A DNA stretch of 63,543 bases, filler included, from Olpidium bornovanus S191 (lineage: Eukaryota > Fungi > Olpidiomycota): assembly GCA_017911155.1 (NCBI GenBank). It is 30 parts of 30 records of this genome, joined end to end, with 100 filler letters (N's around TTAATTAATTAA, not from the genome) between each part and the next. Parts side by side here need not be neighbours in the genome. Positions count along the whole stretch, not along the records: positions 21,681 to 23,209 come from JAEFCI010002766.1; positions 23,310 to 27,122 come from JAEFCI010009032.1; positions 27,223 to 28,593 come from JAEFCI010004335.1; positions 28,694 to 30,467 come from JAEFCI010000255.1; positions 30,568 to 33,319 come from JAEFCI010004510.1; positions 33,420 to 34,851 come from JAEFCI010010720.1; 24 more parts are not named here. One strand, 5' to 3'. Made by a program: the position numbers and the translations under genes. Shown piece after piece: positions 22,090-34,374 of the stretch. The notes beneath the pieces were generated by a model. It had not been told where the DNA came from and ran no database searches. It saw only the letters and a list, made by a program, of their open reading frames with translations. Numbering within the stretch: position 1 is the stretch's first letter; each line of letters begins with the position of its first letter.

Positions 22090-22527
22090 ATGGTAAGTGC
22101 CGCGTGCGCCGGGCTCGTTGAGTCTACGGGGACTGGAGCTGCGCCCGTCCGCCGGCGTCCTCTGGCTCCGGAGGGAGGTGGAAAGAAATAGGTGTGCCGT
22201 TCGCAATTTGCAGCGTGGCGCGGGGAGTAAAACGGCTCCTCGACCTCTCCGCGCTTGCGGTTCAGCTAACGAAGGAGGAGCCGCAGCCTTGCCAGAAGGA
22301 AGCGTGCGCCATCCAGACGTGCCTGGCCAGGTTCGACTACAACGTACGCGCCGCAGGTGTGCAGCTTTCTCTGGTTTGCCTCTCAATCATTTCTAACTGG
22401 TGGGCTGTAGGAGACCCGCTGCAAAGACGTCATAGATGCCCTCGTTCGCTGCTGCGACGAGCTCCATAAACGCGGGGGCACGTCCACAAGGTGTCCGCAG
22501 AAAAAGCGAAATAGTGCCGCAGGTTGA
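22090..22527 (+). CDS. CMC4: Mitochondrial twin CX9C protein Cmc4/MTCP1-like
   Basis: ATG-only exon followed by GTAAGT; LTKEEPQPCQKEACAIQTCLARFDYN|ETRCKDVIDALVRCCDELHKRGGTSTRCP..*. Matches the PCQKEACAIQxCL Cmc4 signature. Confidence 0.9.
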
Positions 22528-22664
22528 CGCAGCACCTGGCACGTACGACCCCGCTCGTCCTTTGAGATGGAAAACGCTCGTTTGTGACTAGCCTGCCAAT
22601 CATTGTCATGCTGCTGTTCTTACCTGACTGCTTTGCCGGGCGGCTGCACCGGGACGTTGCGGGT

Positions 22665-23209
22665 TCAACGAATCTTAAGTTTGTGACAGAAAGGAGGGCC
22701 GAACGGTACGAAGGCTGCGACTTGGGCAGGGGTGCTCGTAAGGGTGCGCGGGGGTGAAGCCGTCAAACCAAGGTGATACGCGTGATTCCAAAAAGTCACC
22801 GTCGGTCTGGCGAAAGTTATTGATTTGTTAGAAACACGTGTTTTCAGGGATTTCCCAATGGCCCACACCGTGTCCAGCTGTACAGTTATAAAGCGGGAAC
22901 CGAAAAGCTTTCAAGATATAACGGTCCCTCCATGGAGAAAAGGATCGGAACCCACCGAATTCACTAATTTTGTTGAAACATAAGCCGGGGGCACGCCCCA
23001 AAAGAAGCAGTGTTGCGAGCGAAAGCTCGGACGGAGCATTTGATCTCGTTTCCCGTCGCTAAATTTAGAGTGCCTGGATGGCTATTTGACCTCCTTGATG
23101 TGCGGCAATTGAAACGGGACTGCGTCGTTCTTTTCAAAAAGAGAAGTAACGGCCGCGTCACGCAACGGATGGAAATCGCAGCGTTTGCACCAGATCGGCT
23201 CGCTGCATG
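22665..23209 (-). CDS. Probable 3' exons of an unidentified spliced gene
   Basis: Exon-like segments bounded by GT/AG: QRADLVQTLRFPSVA, TGNEIKCSVRAFARNTASFG and LDTVWAIGKSLKTRVSNKSITFARPTVTFWNH. No family recognised and phases not fully resolved. Confidence 0.3.
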
Positions 23210-23313
23210 NNNNNNNNNNNNNNNNNNNNNNNNNNNNNNNNNNNNNNNNNNNNTTAATTAATTAANNNNNNNNNNNNNNNNNNNNNNNNNNNNNNNNNNN
23301 NNNNNNNNNAATG

Positions 23314-23359
<46 letters not shown>

Positions 23360-24049
23360 AAGGGGGGGGGGGGGGGGGGGGGGGGGAGTTTTTGAAAAGG
23401 CCACGAACTCCGCAAACGTTCTTCGGGGGCCCCCGAGAAGGACTTTGAAGTGGAAGGGCGCTTTTGTGCCGGGATGGGGGCGGGCGAGGGGCCCGGGTTG
23501 GGGGCCGATTGCGACGCGTCGCGCGGCGAGAGAAAAAAAAAAAAGGCGTCGCGCGGAACGCTGGAAACGAAAGAAAAAACCAAAGGAAGGTTGGAGACGA
23601 TGGAAGCGACCGAGGAAGTGCGCGGCATAATCCGCAGGAAAGCCGCCGGAAGCACAGCGGTATGCTGCTGGTAGCGAATGGCTTACATTCAGCGCGGCAA
23701 CCCCCCGATCGGCCAAAAATTACGTAATGCCCCCCCGTCCGACCAAACACCCCAAAAAAGAAAACAAAAAAACCAACCGAGCAGTCTTAAAAATGCGCAT
23801 TTTTTTTTCAGCCGGTCTCCGTTGAACAGTCGAAAATCATTTCCTCGGTTTTCAGCGGCTGCTCAGCTTTTTTTTTTTTTTTTTTAAAAAAAAAGGGCGT
23901 TCAAACGGGCGAGAAAACCGGGGGGACCATTCGAATAAGGGTTATTACCGGGTAAAGAATTGGGGCTACGCGAAAAACGGGAAGGGGGGTGGGGGCCGGG
24001 GAAGAACCAGAAAAAAAAAAAAAAGAAAACAACGCCGCAACCACTCTTG

Positions 24050-26941
24050 TTTACCTTCCGAGCACACGCTGACGCTTGTCCGCCGGGAACAGCCACCGCC
24101 CGCGTCCCTCCTGTGCACCGCGCGCTCGGTCTGCACGTGCTGCAGTATCGTCCTGCGGGCGTCATGGTGCAGCTCGGCGGCCATGCGGTAAACCTCCGAG
24201 TTGTCCTTGTTGAACATGAGCGCGTTCGCAAAAACCTGGAGGACGTCACGGTGGAACTCTGCCGTGCTGGTGATTGCCTTTTTTTTTTTTTTTTGTGCGT
24301 ACCGCGAAGGGCCAAAAAACAGAATCGCGGTAAACAAAGATTTCAAGATTTTCCGCTTCCGGGAATTTTTTCGTTTTTTTGGGCGGGAGGGTGGGATGGT
24401 GTGGGGTGAGGGAGGAGGCTGCCGGAAACAGGTCTCGGAAAACACAAACCCCCCTACCCCTGACGTAACGCGTTTTTTAACGTCCGTCAACGTCATCGGC
24501 CGCCTGACGGCTTCGTAGTAGCCAGGCACCTCCTTTTCCTTCACCGGGTGCATGAACATCGGGCCGTGGCGGTGGTCGGCAACGCGGCTCCAGATCGGGA
24601 GGATCAGCTTCTTCCACTTTTTAACGCGATCTCGGTCGAAATTGGACGACCTGGCGGCGCCGCCGGCCTGCGCGCTCGCAATCGGCGATGGCGTTTTCGA
24701 GGCGCCGCCGGCGTGAATATGTGGTTGGGAGCGGCCGGTATCTGTTTATTCGCGGTCACAAACCCGGTTAGTCGTCGGCCGGCCGGAGCGGGGGAGAGGA
24801 GGGTTGGGTAAGGGGGTATGGGCGGGCATGTGCTACACGTTCGCGTTATGTTTCTTTTTTCTTTTTTTTTGTTTCGTCCTCGCCTGAAGTTTCAATGTCT
24901 GACGACAGAGAAGAATCCAAGTCGGAGTCTTTGCATTCCTGCTTCGTCGACCTTTGCGTCCTCTTTTTCGGCGAGCTCCGGTCGCCGGCGTCTTCCGCCC
25001 GGCGTGGTTCTCCAGCTCCCGGGCTCTTCGGGTTCTCGGCGCCGTTCGCGGCCGCCGTCGTCTTATCCGTCGGAGTCGTCGTTTGAGGAGACAACACGGG
25101 AGGCGGCGTTTCGTCTCCTGTCGACACCGACGCTGCCGCCTCCGAAGTTGCGTCGGCAGGAGCATGCCGAGAGGCCGGCCACTCCGCAGACCACTCCGCG
25201 TCTGGGCTGCCCTCGGACAGCCTTGCGTCCGACGCCGATGGCGATCTCCACGCCTTCGAGGTCGAACTCGCCGCCTTCGGGGATTTCGCGTTCGGGCGGC
25301 GTGGGCTCGAGGCCCTCCTTGCGGGAGACGAGCGAGCAGGAGACACGGGGAAGTCCCGGATCGCGTCGGCCGGCGGACTGGGGCTGCTTCTCCTGGCCGG
25401 TAGCAGTTCCGGGAGTTGTGCTTTCGTAGACGGGGCTTTCGACCTCGACTTCTTGCGGGGAGAGGCCGGCGAAAGCGCGGTCGACAACTTCCCTGGCGCG
25501 ACGCCGCGCGGCTCGGGATGCGGCAACTCGTCCGTCGACCCGTCGACAACATCTGCGGGCGTTTTGGGTAACGCGTCGACGGAGAGCGAAAGTGATCTTT
25601 TCCGCGAGCGAGTCAAATACTCCCCGAGCACAGCCGGAGCCCCCTCCCGCTGTCCCTCGGCCCGCTCGTTCCGGGCCCTTTCCTCCCCGCCCGCGGTTTC
25701 GGCACCCTTCCCGGCCGCGGCCGCCGCCAAATCGAGGTGAACAATCCGAGCAGCGGCGGGCTTCGACGCCGACGCGCGTTCGTCGTCGCCGTTGGCGGCG
25801 GCGGCGGACGCGGTAGCGGCATGCTCGTCCGGCGTGTTCGCGACGGCAGGAGTCAACTGCTCGCCGCTTGCGCCACCCGCACCGACGTGGGCGTCAAGCA
25901 GTCGTTCTTTCTCGGCGTGCCGCGTCCCCCTCGTTTCTTCGTCGACCTGCTTCGGCAGTTCGGCCTTCCAACGATCCCTTTCAGCAGCAGCAATTTCGAC
26001 ATCTGCATCCTGTGCTGACCGCTTCTTGACAGCGTCAGAATCCGTGACTGCTACAGCCTCCTCGGTGATATCTTCTTTGGCTCCGCCACCATTGTCCTCT
26101 GTCAGCGCCTTCCCCACATCTATTGGCGGCTCGTTGCGTTCCATTGCCGCGTCCTCCGCCCTCGCCTTGTTGGCTTGCAGCGTGGCTGGTTGGCTTGGCT
26201 CTGCAGACGATGGCTGTGGCAAACGATCGTCCCATCTTCCCTGCTTAATGTCTGAAAGATCACTTGCCAGATTCCTATTGTGCACGGTATAGTGACGATC
26301 AACCAGTGGCGTAGAAAGCCAAGCCGCTCCCCGGCGCCGGCACGTTTTAACGTCCTTGGCACGACGTACCGCAACGTCCGCTCATCTTCTTCGATTGCGG
26401 ATCTGAGTTCAGCAATGCGGTTTAGTCGGAGATTCCGGGTTATTCGCACTACTGGTGGCGACCGGCTGGGTCTTGCTCGCCGCCTGAGAAGGTCCAATCG
26501 CGGATCAATTTCGACGCATCTGGTGGTTTGCCACTTGCCGAAATTATTCGGTGGTAACCCAAGGGAAAAACTCCAAGGAATGTGCGTGAAGTTGATGAGG
26601 CTCGCTGCTTACATACTTTTGAGGAGACTCGTCAAGCTGGAGCAGGACTGACGTGTACTGCCTCTCGCAATTCTGACGTGTTTCCCCGGCACGTGTGTTC
26701 AGCAAGGTGACGGCGGAGCAGTCACAGACGTCGGTCAGGTTACATTTTGTCCCAGTTGTCCAGTTTAACTGCGACAAAAGGGGCTCACCTCGGGCGAGAA
26801 GAACTTCGGGTCCCTGGCGGTCGGATACGCGCTCATCATCCTGGACACAGCCAGCCAGTTCCCTTCCCCGCACGTGTGCATACAGTGGACCAGGCGCAAC
26901 TTTTCCACCGTGGTCCATACGGTGTCCTTGCAGCCCATCAT
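24050..26941 (-). CDS. BRD8: BRD8-like bromodomain protein (NuA4/SWR1-associated), 3' end uncertain
   Basis: N-terminal SANT-like WTTVEKLRLV..GEGNWLAVSR..FFS|NCERQY; coiled coil RIAELRSAIEEDE..LSDIKQGRWDDRL; long disordered linker; bromodomain DHRHGPMFMHPV..PGYYEAVRRPMTL..|ITSTAEFHRDVLQVFANALMFN..EVYRMA. Confidence 0.8.
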
Positions 26942-28693
26942 GTAACGGGCAAACGCACTGGGACTGCTGGTCCAGGACCGGGCAGGAAGCCTAGGGCACT
27001 GCCGGTTGCGCCCTGCCGGTTTCCGGGTCCTGAACACCGTTGCCAGGCGGTGCGAATTCGACTCCAGGACGAAATGCTGGCAACAGCCGGGCGGGGAAGG
27101 GCGGGGGGGGGGAAGAGGAGCGNNNNNNNNNNNNNNNNNNNNNNNNNNNNNNNNNNNNNNNNNNNNTTAATTAATTAANNNNNNNNNNNNNNNNNNNNNN
27201 NNNNNNNNNNNNNNNNNNNNNNACATGGTTCTTGGAAAGTGACCCGCGGGACGCAAGGGTCAAAAAGACGGGGGGCACGCAGGAACTGGTGTACTCCAAG
27301 CAAGAGTGGCGCGCGCGTCGAGCGCACTTGAGGACATACTTCCGCGCATTTGATGACGTAGCCCGCACGTCCGCGACGTCGGCCACAAAAAGCTGCATTT
27401 TTGATTGTCCGACGACAGGGCGGTATGTACATAGCGACAACTGCTCCCCACGCCAACAACGTTGCACGACGCCAGACATGGCGGGTTGCCATTGTAATAA
27501 TGACCTCCTGGACGTATTCCCCTTTGAGAAATGTTCGGGTTGATCAGCCCTCCGTCTCCAGATGGCCGCTGAGGCGCTGTGCGCCGGGATGTCTGAATGA
27601 GAATACGCTTTTGCTGGAACTGCAGGTTCGCATTTACGCAGATCGAGGTATAGATCCCCAGATCTATTCCTGTATAGAAATAGGGACTGTACCTCTCTCC
27701 AGACACGCTGCCGGGCCCTCCCAGCCGCGGAAAGCGGCGGCCGGACGCATTGCGCGCGCGGGTGGCCCGGGCTTGGGATAGGGGTCGGGTTGGCGGGATC
27801 GGAGGAGACGGACGAGGACGTCGGGGGGGTGCGCCAGAAAAAGAAAACCCAAACCCAAAGACAAAAAAGAAAACGCCGGCCGTCAGGGTTTCAGGGTGCG
27901 GAGAAAGGGAGCGCGGGGGAGGGGGCGAGGAGAAGAAGTCAAAAACTACCGTTTACCGTCTTTTCCCACCTCCACCCCACACCCCCCCAACCCTTTCACC
28001 TGACCTCGCGCTCCCATGTCACGTCATAGGGCCGGCTCGAGCTCTCTGTCCGCATTTTCCTCCCCCCTGCCGTTGTTGCCCGTTTCCGCCATCCGCTTTC
28101 CCCTCTCCCTCTGCCACGCCTCGGCCTCCGCCGATCAACGTGAAAGGCCCTAACGTGACGGGGCAAGCTGCACGCCGCCATGGGAAACATCAGCGAGAGT
28201 TACATAACATTGGCGCCCTCTTTTTCTTTGCCTTGGCAAGATCGTGTGTCGCGGACATTCGGCCCGCACCAAACCATGTTTTGGACCTTTTTTGCAATTC
28301 AGGAAACGGTCGGTCAACGAACCCGCCAAGTGAGCTAGAATATGACAAAAAAAATTTGCGGACCTTACGGTACGTCGCCGAGACGCCAAAATACCGAAAT
28401 GCCGCCGGGACCCGAGATTGAATTGTAAACGCCTCCACCACAACTCCAAAACTTCCGAATATGGAAAAGTTTGCATGAAATGCGTGAGGAACGATGTTTG
28501 AACTCAACATACACGAAATTCAAGCAAATGCAATCAAACTATTACTTTTGAAGACGAAACCGTTCAACGAGATAATATGTATCGCGGAAGCCGNNNNNNN
28601 NNNNNNNNNNNNNNNNNNNNNNNNNNNNNNNNNNNNNTTAATTAATTAANNNNNNNNNNNNNNNNNNNNNNNNNNNNNNNNNNNNNNNNNNNN

Positions 28694-29324
28694 ACGCCGC
28701 TTCGCTCTCCTCGGTTTCAGCAGACATCCCAGCAGTCGAACGCGGCACCGCAATCATATCAATGGCTGAACTTGGAAATGCCCCTTCGCTCTCCTCAGTT
28801 TCAGCAGGCATCTCGGCAGTCGAACGCGGCACCGCCGCTTCGCTCTTCTCAGGTTCAGCAGTCATCTCCACAGCCGAACGCGGCACCTTAGCCTCGCCCT
28901 TCTCAGATTCAGCAATCATCTCAACAGCAGACCTCGGAAACGCCGCTTCGCTCTCCTCGGGTTCAGCAGGCATCTCCACAGTCGAACGCGGCGCGGCCGC
29001 TTCGTTCTTCTCAGGTCCAACAATCATCTCAACAGCAGAACTTGGAAATGCCGCTTCGCTCTTCTCAGGTTCAGCAGTTATCACAGTCGAACGCGGCACC
29101 TCCGCTTCACTCTTCTCAGGTTCAGCAGTCATCTCCACAGTCGAACGTGGCGCCGCCGCTTCGCTCTTCTCGGGTTCAGCAATCATCTCAACAGCAGAAC
29201 TTGGAAACGCCGCTTCGCTCTCCTCAGTTTCAGCAGTCATCACAGTCGAACGCCGCACCTCTGTTTCGCGCGTCTCAGTTTCACCAGCCATCTCGACCGC
29301 TGAACTTGGGAACACCGCTCCCAT
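28694..29324 (-). CDS. Acidic tandem-repeat protein segment (about 12 units of 17-18 aa), 3' truncated
   Basis: Units EAAFPSSAVEMIAEPEKS and EAAAPRSTVEMTAEPEKS, 51-54 bp each. Indels preserve the frame and the frame is open to the contig edge. Strand choice is inferred because a plus-strand frame is also open. Confidence 0.6.
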
Positions 29325-29749
29325 CGACTCTCGGCAAAAGAAAGAGACTGGCAGAACCGGTGGAACAAGCGCAAATTAATAAAGCAGACCGGAACGTGCT
29401 CCAAAAAAGATTTCGGCTGCCCCGAGCTACGGAACGGGCAGGGCGCTATTTAATTTATGCCTGTCGACCGGCGAAGCAGGACGACGGCAATATCCCTTCG
29501 TCTTCGCGGTCGCGGGCTCGGTCGCAGTTCCTCTCCCACGCGGTCGTGGTCCCATGCGGGGTTCCGTGTTCGCGCGGTTGCGCGGTTGCGTGCGGGGGCG
29601 GCCTCTTTTATCAAGGGGGGGGGGGATGTGGTTCGCGGTGGGGTACCGCGTGTGGCGTTGCTATGGGAGGGGGGCAATTCCATTGGTCGGGCCACCGGTC
29701 ACGTGACCGTCCTGCCTCCGCCTCCGGGTCCCACCCGCCGCCCGCCGCC

Positions 29750-29833
29750 GGGTCCCGCCCGCCGGGTCCCGCCCGCCGGGTCCCGCCCGCCGGGTCCCGC
29801 CCGCCGGGGCCCGCCCGCCGGGTCCTGCCCGCC
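29750..29833. repeat. 14-bp GC-box tandem repeat x6 (GGGTCCCGCCCGCC)
   Basis: Units at 29750, 29764, 29778, 29792, 29806 and 29820. Preceded by the palindrome GGTCACGTGACC (29697-29708) and followed by CGCCATCTT. Confidence 0.9.
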
Positions 29834-29912
29834 GCCCGCCGCCGCGCCATCTTTGGCGTCCTCCTTGGCGTTGGGCGGCGGTCGGGGCTGTGAACCGTGT
29901 CACAGCACAGGA

Positions 29913-30165
29913 TTAGCGGCGTTCTGCGACTCAGACTGGGCCGGATGCAGAGTCACGCGAGCATCTACCACGGAAATAGTCATACAGTACGCCGGGGGAC
30001 CAGTATCATGGAGGTCCGCAAGGCAACAATGCGTTAGCTACGTCGTCATGCGAAGCAGAGTTCATAGCAGGACCGGCGGCGGCGCAAGAGGTCCGATGGT
30101 TACGCGCAATCATCAACGAGATTGAACCATTGAATGTCGCCAAACCAACGGTGTTAAAACGACGT
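29913..30165 (+). mobile_element. Ty1/copia RNase H fragment with 1-nt frameshift
   Basis: AFCDSDWAGCRVTRASTT..GGPVSWRSARQQCV / ATSSCEAEFIA..AQEVRWLR. Confidence 0.9.
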
Positions 30166-31059
30166 AGATTACGACCCGCCGGTCACGTGACCACGCACAT
30201 GAACGCCACGCACGCCGCACTCCTCCTCCTCCTCCTCCTCTTCTCGTCAACAATACAAAGGAGTGTGACCGCGAAAAAAAAAAGAGAGAGCTCTACGCTG
30301 TCCGCGTCATAAAATTCGACAACACGGGCGCAGCGGAATTACCTTTGGCCCGATGGGCGTTGCCACTGGGGACATCGGTACGAATCGTCGACATGGAGAG
30401 TATCCGAACGCGGGAGAGGTTTTTGTTGAGATTGGAGGTCTCCGTCGAGATTTTAGTGGTATCCGGANNNNNNNNNNNNNNNNNNNNNNNNNNNNNNNNN
30501 NNNNNNNNNNNTTAATTAATTAANNNNNNNNNNNNNNNNNNNNNNNNNNNNNNNNNNNNNNNNNNNNGCATGATTTTTGAAAATACGTCAGCTAGCAGAT
30601 CGAGCGGCCGACCGGCTGGCCGGCTTGACATTCAGATTTTTGGTGCTTACGGGAGCACAGAGATTGGGGGAAGCACAGAGATAGGTGGAGGTTTGTGGTG
30701 AAGCTCAATGGTGCAATGCATGCAGCGCTAAAAGCGCTGCCCCGGGCTGAGGCAGAGGCAGACGTAGAGGGCAGACGCAGAGGGCACGGGCCCGTGGCAG
30801 ATGGTTGACGGCAGAGGCAGAGGCTGAGGGTGACAACACGACGACCAACAACGCGACGAAGCGCAACAAAGGGCCCACCGCCGGTCGGTCGTCCGTCAAG
30901 TCGGCTACAAAGCGGTTGGCCGCGGATAAAAATTGGAGGCCTGTCTATTGGAGTTGCGCGCAGCGCTGCGAACTGTTTCTGTCCGTCGAAGGGCCCGTCT
31001 CAAGACACGCGTGCTGTCCTCGTCGACCGTACCAACCGTTCTGCGGACGTTCTCGCCCT

Positions 31060-32890
31060 TCAAACCCCGGCATCCCTGCGGCTCGTCAGATCGTGTAGCA
31101 GGCACGCGGCCGCGACGCTGTTGGTCAGGCAGACCGTTCCGGGCAATTGCAAGCCGCCAGCGTGGTGGGCAAAGAAACCCTGGACGCAGAGCTCGTGCCG
31201 GCAGCGCGCCAGCACCGACTCGCGCATTCTCTCGGGCCCGAACACAAGAATCGTCGGAGATTCGAGCGACTTTCCAGCCGGAAACTGCGGTAAGTTCCTC
31301 CCTGCAATGTTGTTGGTCCGGCCACCAGCCGCCACAATTTCCCAATTCTGCTCAGCCGAGGCCTGTTGGTTTTGGTGGGTGGTGGTGGGAGATGGGGAGG
31401 AGTGAGCAAACGTCGCCCAACAATGCGCACATCGTAGTAAAACACGGACTTGCTCGTACGCTCAAAAACTCTTCCAGCGAATCGGCTTCGTGGATCGGCA
31501 TCACTTCTAACGTGCCGGCGCTGGCCTTCGATGCGGCCGGAGAGAACGGAACTCTTTGTGGAAGAGGGGCAGCTCAGTGAGCCGTAAGACGCAGAGCCTT
31601 TCAGATATCAAAAACCGGGAAACGGGACTTTACCTGTCCTCGGATAACACGACAATCCCATCTACTCCAAAGAAGTGAGCAGAACTGCCAACGACAAAAG
31701 AAAGTCAAACGGGGAGTCGGGGCGTTGGCGCGGACGGCGTTTGAAATACGGGGCCCATAACCACACCAAAGAAAAACAAAATGGCACACAAGCAAGAATG
31801 AAAATCCGGGGTTCAAATATTTTACCGCACGATCGCTCCGAACTCGTGCGGGTCCACGACCCCGCCCAACGCCAGCCACAACGGCCACGTATTTTCCTGC
31901 GCCGCGATGCCAATGTTCGCCTGCGAGCCGCCGGGCTTAACCAGGGTCGCGGAATACCTGTCGTTATATATTTTTTAAGGCGGCGCAAAAAAGAAAAACG
32001 ACCGCACGTGAGGGCGGCGGCGGCAAAGAAAAAAAAATCAAATAAATTGGAAAGCACACAAAACGGAAAAGCAGCACACGTACGGTTTCCCCTTCCGCGC
32101 TTTGTTCAGACACCGTATTTTGGGGGTGTTTAGCATGCCGACTTTCAGCAGCACTCCCTGGCAACGGCAGAGAAAAAGTGTGTATGCGAGCCCGCGGGCA
32201 TTCCCGGTACAGAGGAGATCGGGCACAAGACAGTCAACGCGGGAAGCGCGAGCGGGCTACCCGACGCTTCGCGAATAAGGGGGGAAGGCCGGCGTGGTGG
32301 AGGATCAAACCTGGTTCGGCCTGTCCAAACTCCTGCTCTTCAACCAGTCTGCCGGTTTCTCCTCGACGGGAACGCGCAGCAGTTTGACCGCTTCCCGGAT
32401 CCGTTGGTAGTCGGTTCTAAGCGAAATTCCGGCGAAAGACGCGGTTAAAATAAACAAGACCATTCCCCCCTCCCCCCTCCCTCTCCCGCCCCGCCCCGGA
32501 CCCTTGGTTCCCAGTAGTAGATTTTCCCACCCACCACCTTTTAGCAACGTCGCAGTCCTGCAGGTTATCGCGGACGTAGAGCTTGTGCAGCTGGCGGCGG
32601 TTGGCCGCGAGCGCAGCTTCGACGCAAGAAAAACCGAAGAGGTAGCTTTTTGGCAGCTTGCCGTTCTTCCTGTCGTCGCCCGCGGCGGCGGCGCCCTTCC
32701 GTTTCCCGGGACGGGCGGCCGAGTCCGCGGCGCGAGTCGACGCCGGCGCCCGCGGCCCGACGGCGTGTCCCCGCGGGAGCCTGCACGGCGACGACGGCGG
32801 CGGACAAGGGAACGCCGCCCGTCCGACCGCACCAACGCGCGCTGCTGCCGCTGCTGCCGCGCGCGGCGCTCCGCCGCCGGCCGAGAACAT
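31060..32890 (-). CDS. MRM1: Mitochondrial rRNA 2'-O-methyltransferase MRM1/PET56-like (SpoU/TrmH), divergent motifs
   Basis: Arg/Ala-rich transit-like N-terminus; YLFGFSCVEAALAANRRQLHKLY; RPNQ|GVLLKV; VVDPHEFGAIVR|SAHFFGVD; PFSPAASKASAGTLE; PTILVFGPE; CLTNSVAAACLLH; stop at 31060. Confidence 0.85.
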
Positions 32891-33420
32891 GGGCGGTAGC
32901 TAGGGAATTGGTTCGGTCCGTCGGCCGTTTGGTTGGCTGGGTTGGTGGCCGTTGCGCCGGCGGGCGATTTTACCAGTGACGGCTTTGTGCACGTGTCTCA
33001 AAAAATCAAAAAAAAAAAAAAAAAGAAGTAGGCCGCCAGTTCGGTACCCACCCCCAAATTGCTCGGGACGCAATCACAGTGCAATCACGAGCGGCGTGCG
33101 GAAGTCAAGAACTCGCAACACAACCATTCGCCTGAAAGACGAGCTGTGTGTGTATCCCGCCACGCGAAAGTAGCAGGAAGGATGACAAGAGGACGATCCA
33201 TGATATGCCCCGAGCTGGGTCAGCACCGAAAGGTGATCCTGGCTTCCCTCCTGTGCACTTGTCCTAAATGAAGGCGAAAATGCAGAATATGGAGCTGAAT
33301 GGGCAACCTCCTTTGGAGANNNNNNNNNNNNNNNNNNNNNNNNNNNNNNNNNNNNNNNNNNNNTTAATTAATTAANNNNNNNNNNNNNNNNNNNNNNNNN
33401 NNNNNNNNNNNNNNNNNNNC

Positions 33421-33600
33421 ATGTTTAATTGATGATCCCTTTACCGTCGAAACTGGCCACAAATTGCTTCAGTGGCTTTCACAGGCAAGAAAGGGCCGCC
33501 CCACTCGTTGGGCCCTCTGCATCACCGAGTTCGAATGTTTGATGAGATATTGCAAGCGCTCGGCTAATATTAATGCTGATGCTCTTTCCCGCCAACCGAC
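33421..33600 (+). mobile_element. Ty3/gypsy RNase H C-terminal fragment
   Basis: PFTVETGHKLLQWL..RPTRWALCITEF..YCKRSANINADALSR (cf. FxVxTDH..RW..ADALSR). Confidence 0.8.
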
Positions 33601-33838
33601 CGGTGCCATCTCTCCCAGGACCTAAAGTCGGGTGGGAATCAACAGGAGGGCAAGGGTAACTCGATTAGAAACGTTCTTCGAGAACTCGGCTGTTGCTATC
33701 GTAGGCAGAAAGGCTGATCCAGATGGACTTTATTATGCTGGCAGAGATCGGCTACAGCCGAAAACCAGCTGCTATAGTGAGCTGTTGCGATATCAGTTGC
33801 TGTTACGGAGAGAGTTGGCTGTATCTTCCTTGTGGGCC

Positions 33839-33869
<31 letters not shown>

Positions 33870-34374
33870 CAGAAAGAGTAAAAAGAGTAAAAGAGAAGCG
33901 AAAAAAAAAACAAACTCGGTGCCTCCCGTTCCGCCCGGAAGCTTTGCAGGCGATGCGCCGAATGGGGAAAAATGCGGAAACCAAATGCGGCAACGGCTTT
34001 TGCCTCGTTGACAAAAAAAAAAGATCCAGACATTCCTCCAGTTGATTGTCAATTGCCTTGGCTACCCCCAACCACCCGCCTTTCTTCCCCCTTCCCGGGT
34101 TTAAGCAATCCAGCGATGAAAGGTCGAATTCGTCCCCCGTAAACGAAAGACATGTGTGTGTACTTTGCGTACACTTGGGCCGAGTTTTTGGCGGACGACG
34201 TGGAAATTGCAGTGACTTTGATGTAAAACAAGCAAAATAAAAAAAGGGGGGGGGAATGGTGGGGGTGAGCTCGGAGAAACAAAAGACTCAGTCGATCGAA
34301 CGACCGCCGACCAAGCTGGGTGCCGGGGGGACACAGATCACAACACAGACGTTCCACAAGAGCTCCCCGCCGTT

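Noticed and set aside
27223-27790. Possible exons on contig 12
   Set aside because: Several open frames, but no recognisable motif or consistent splice model.
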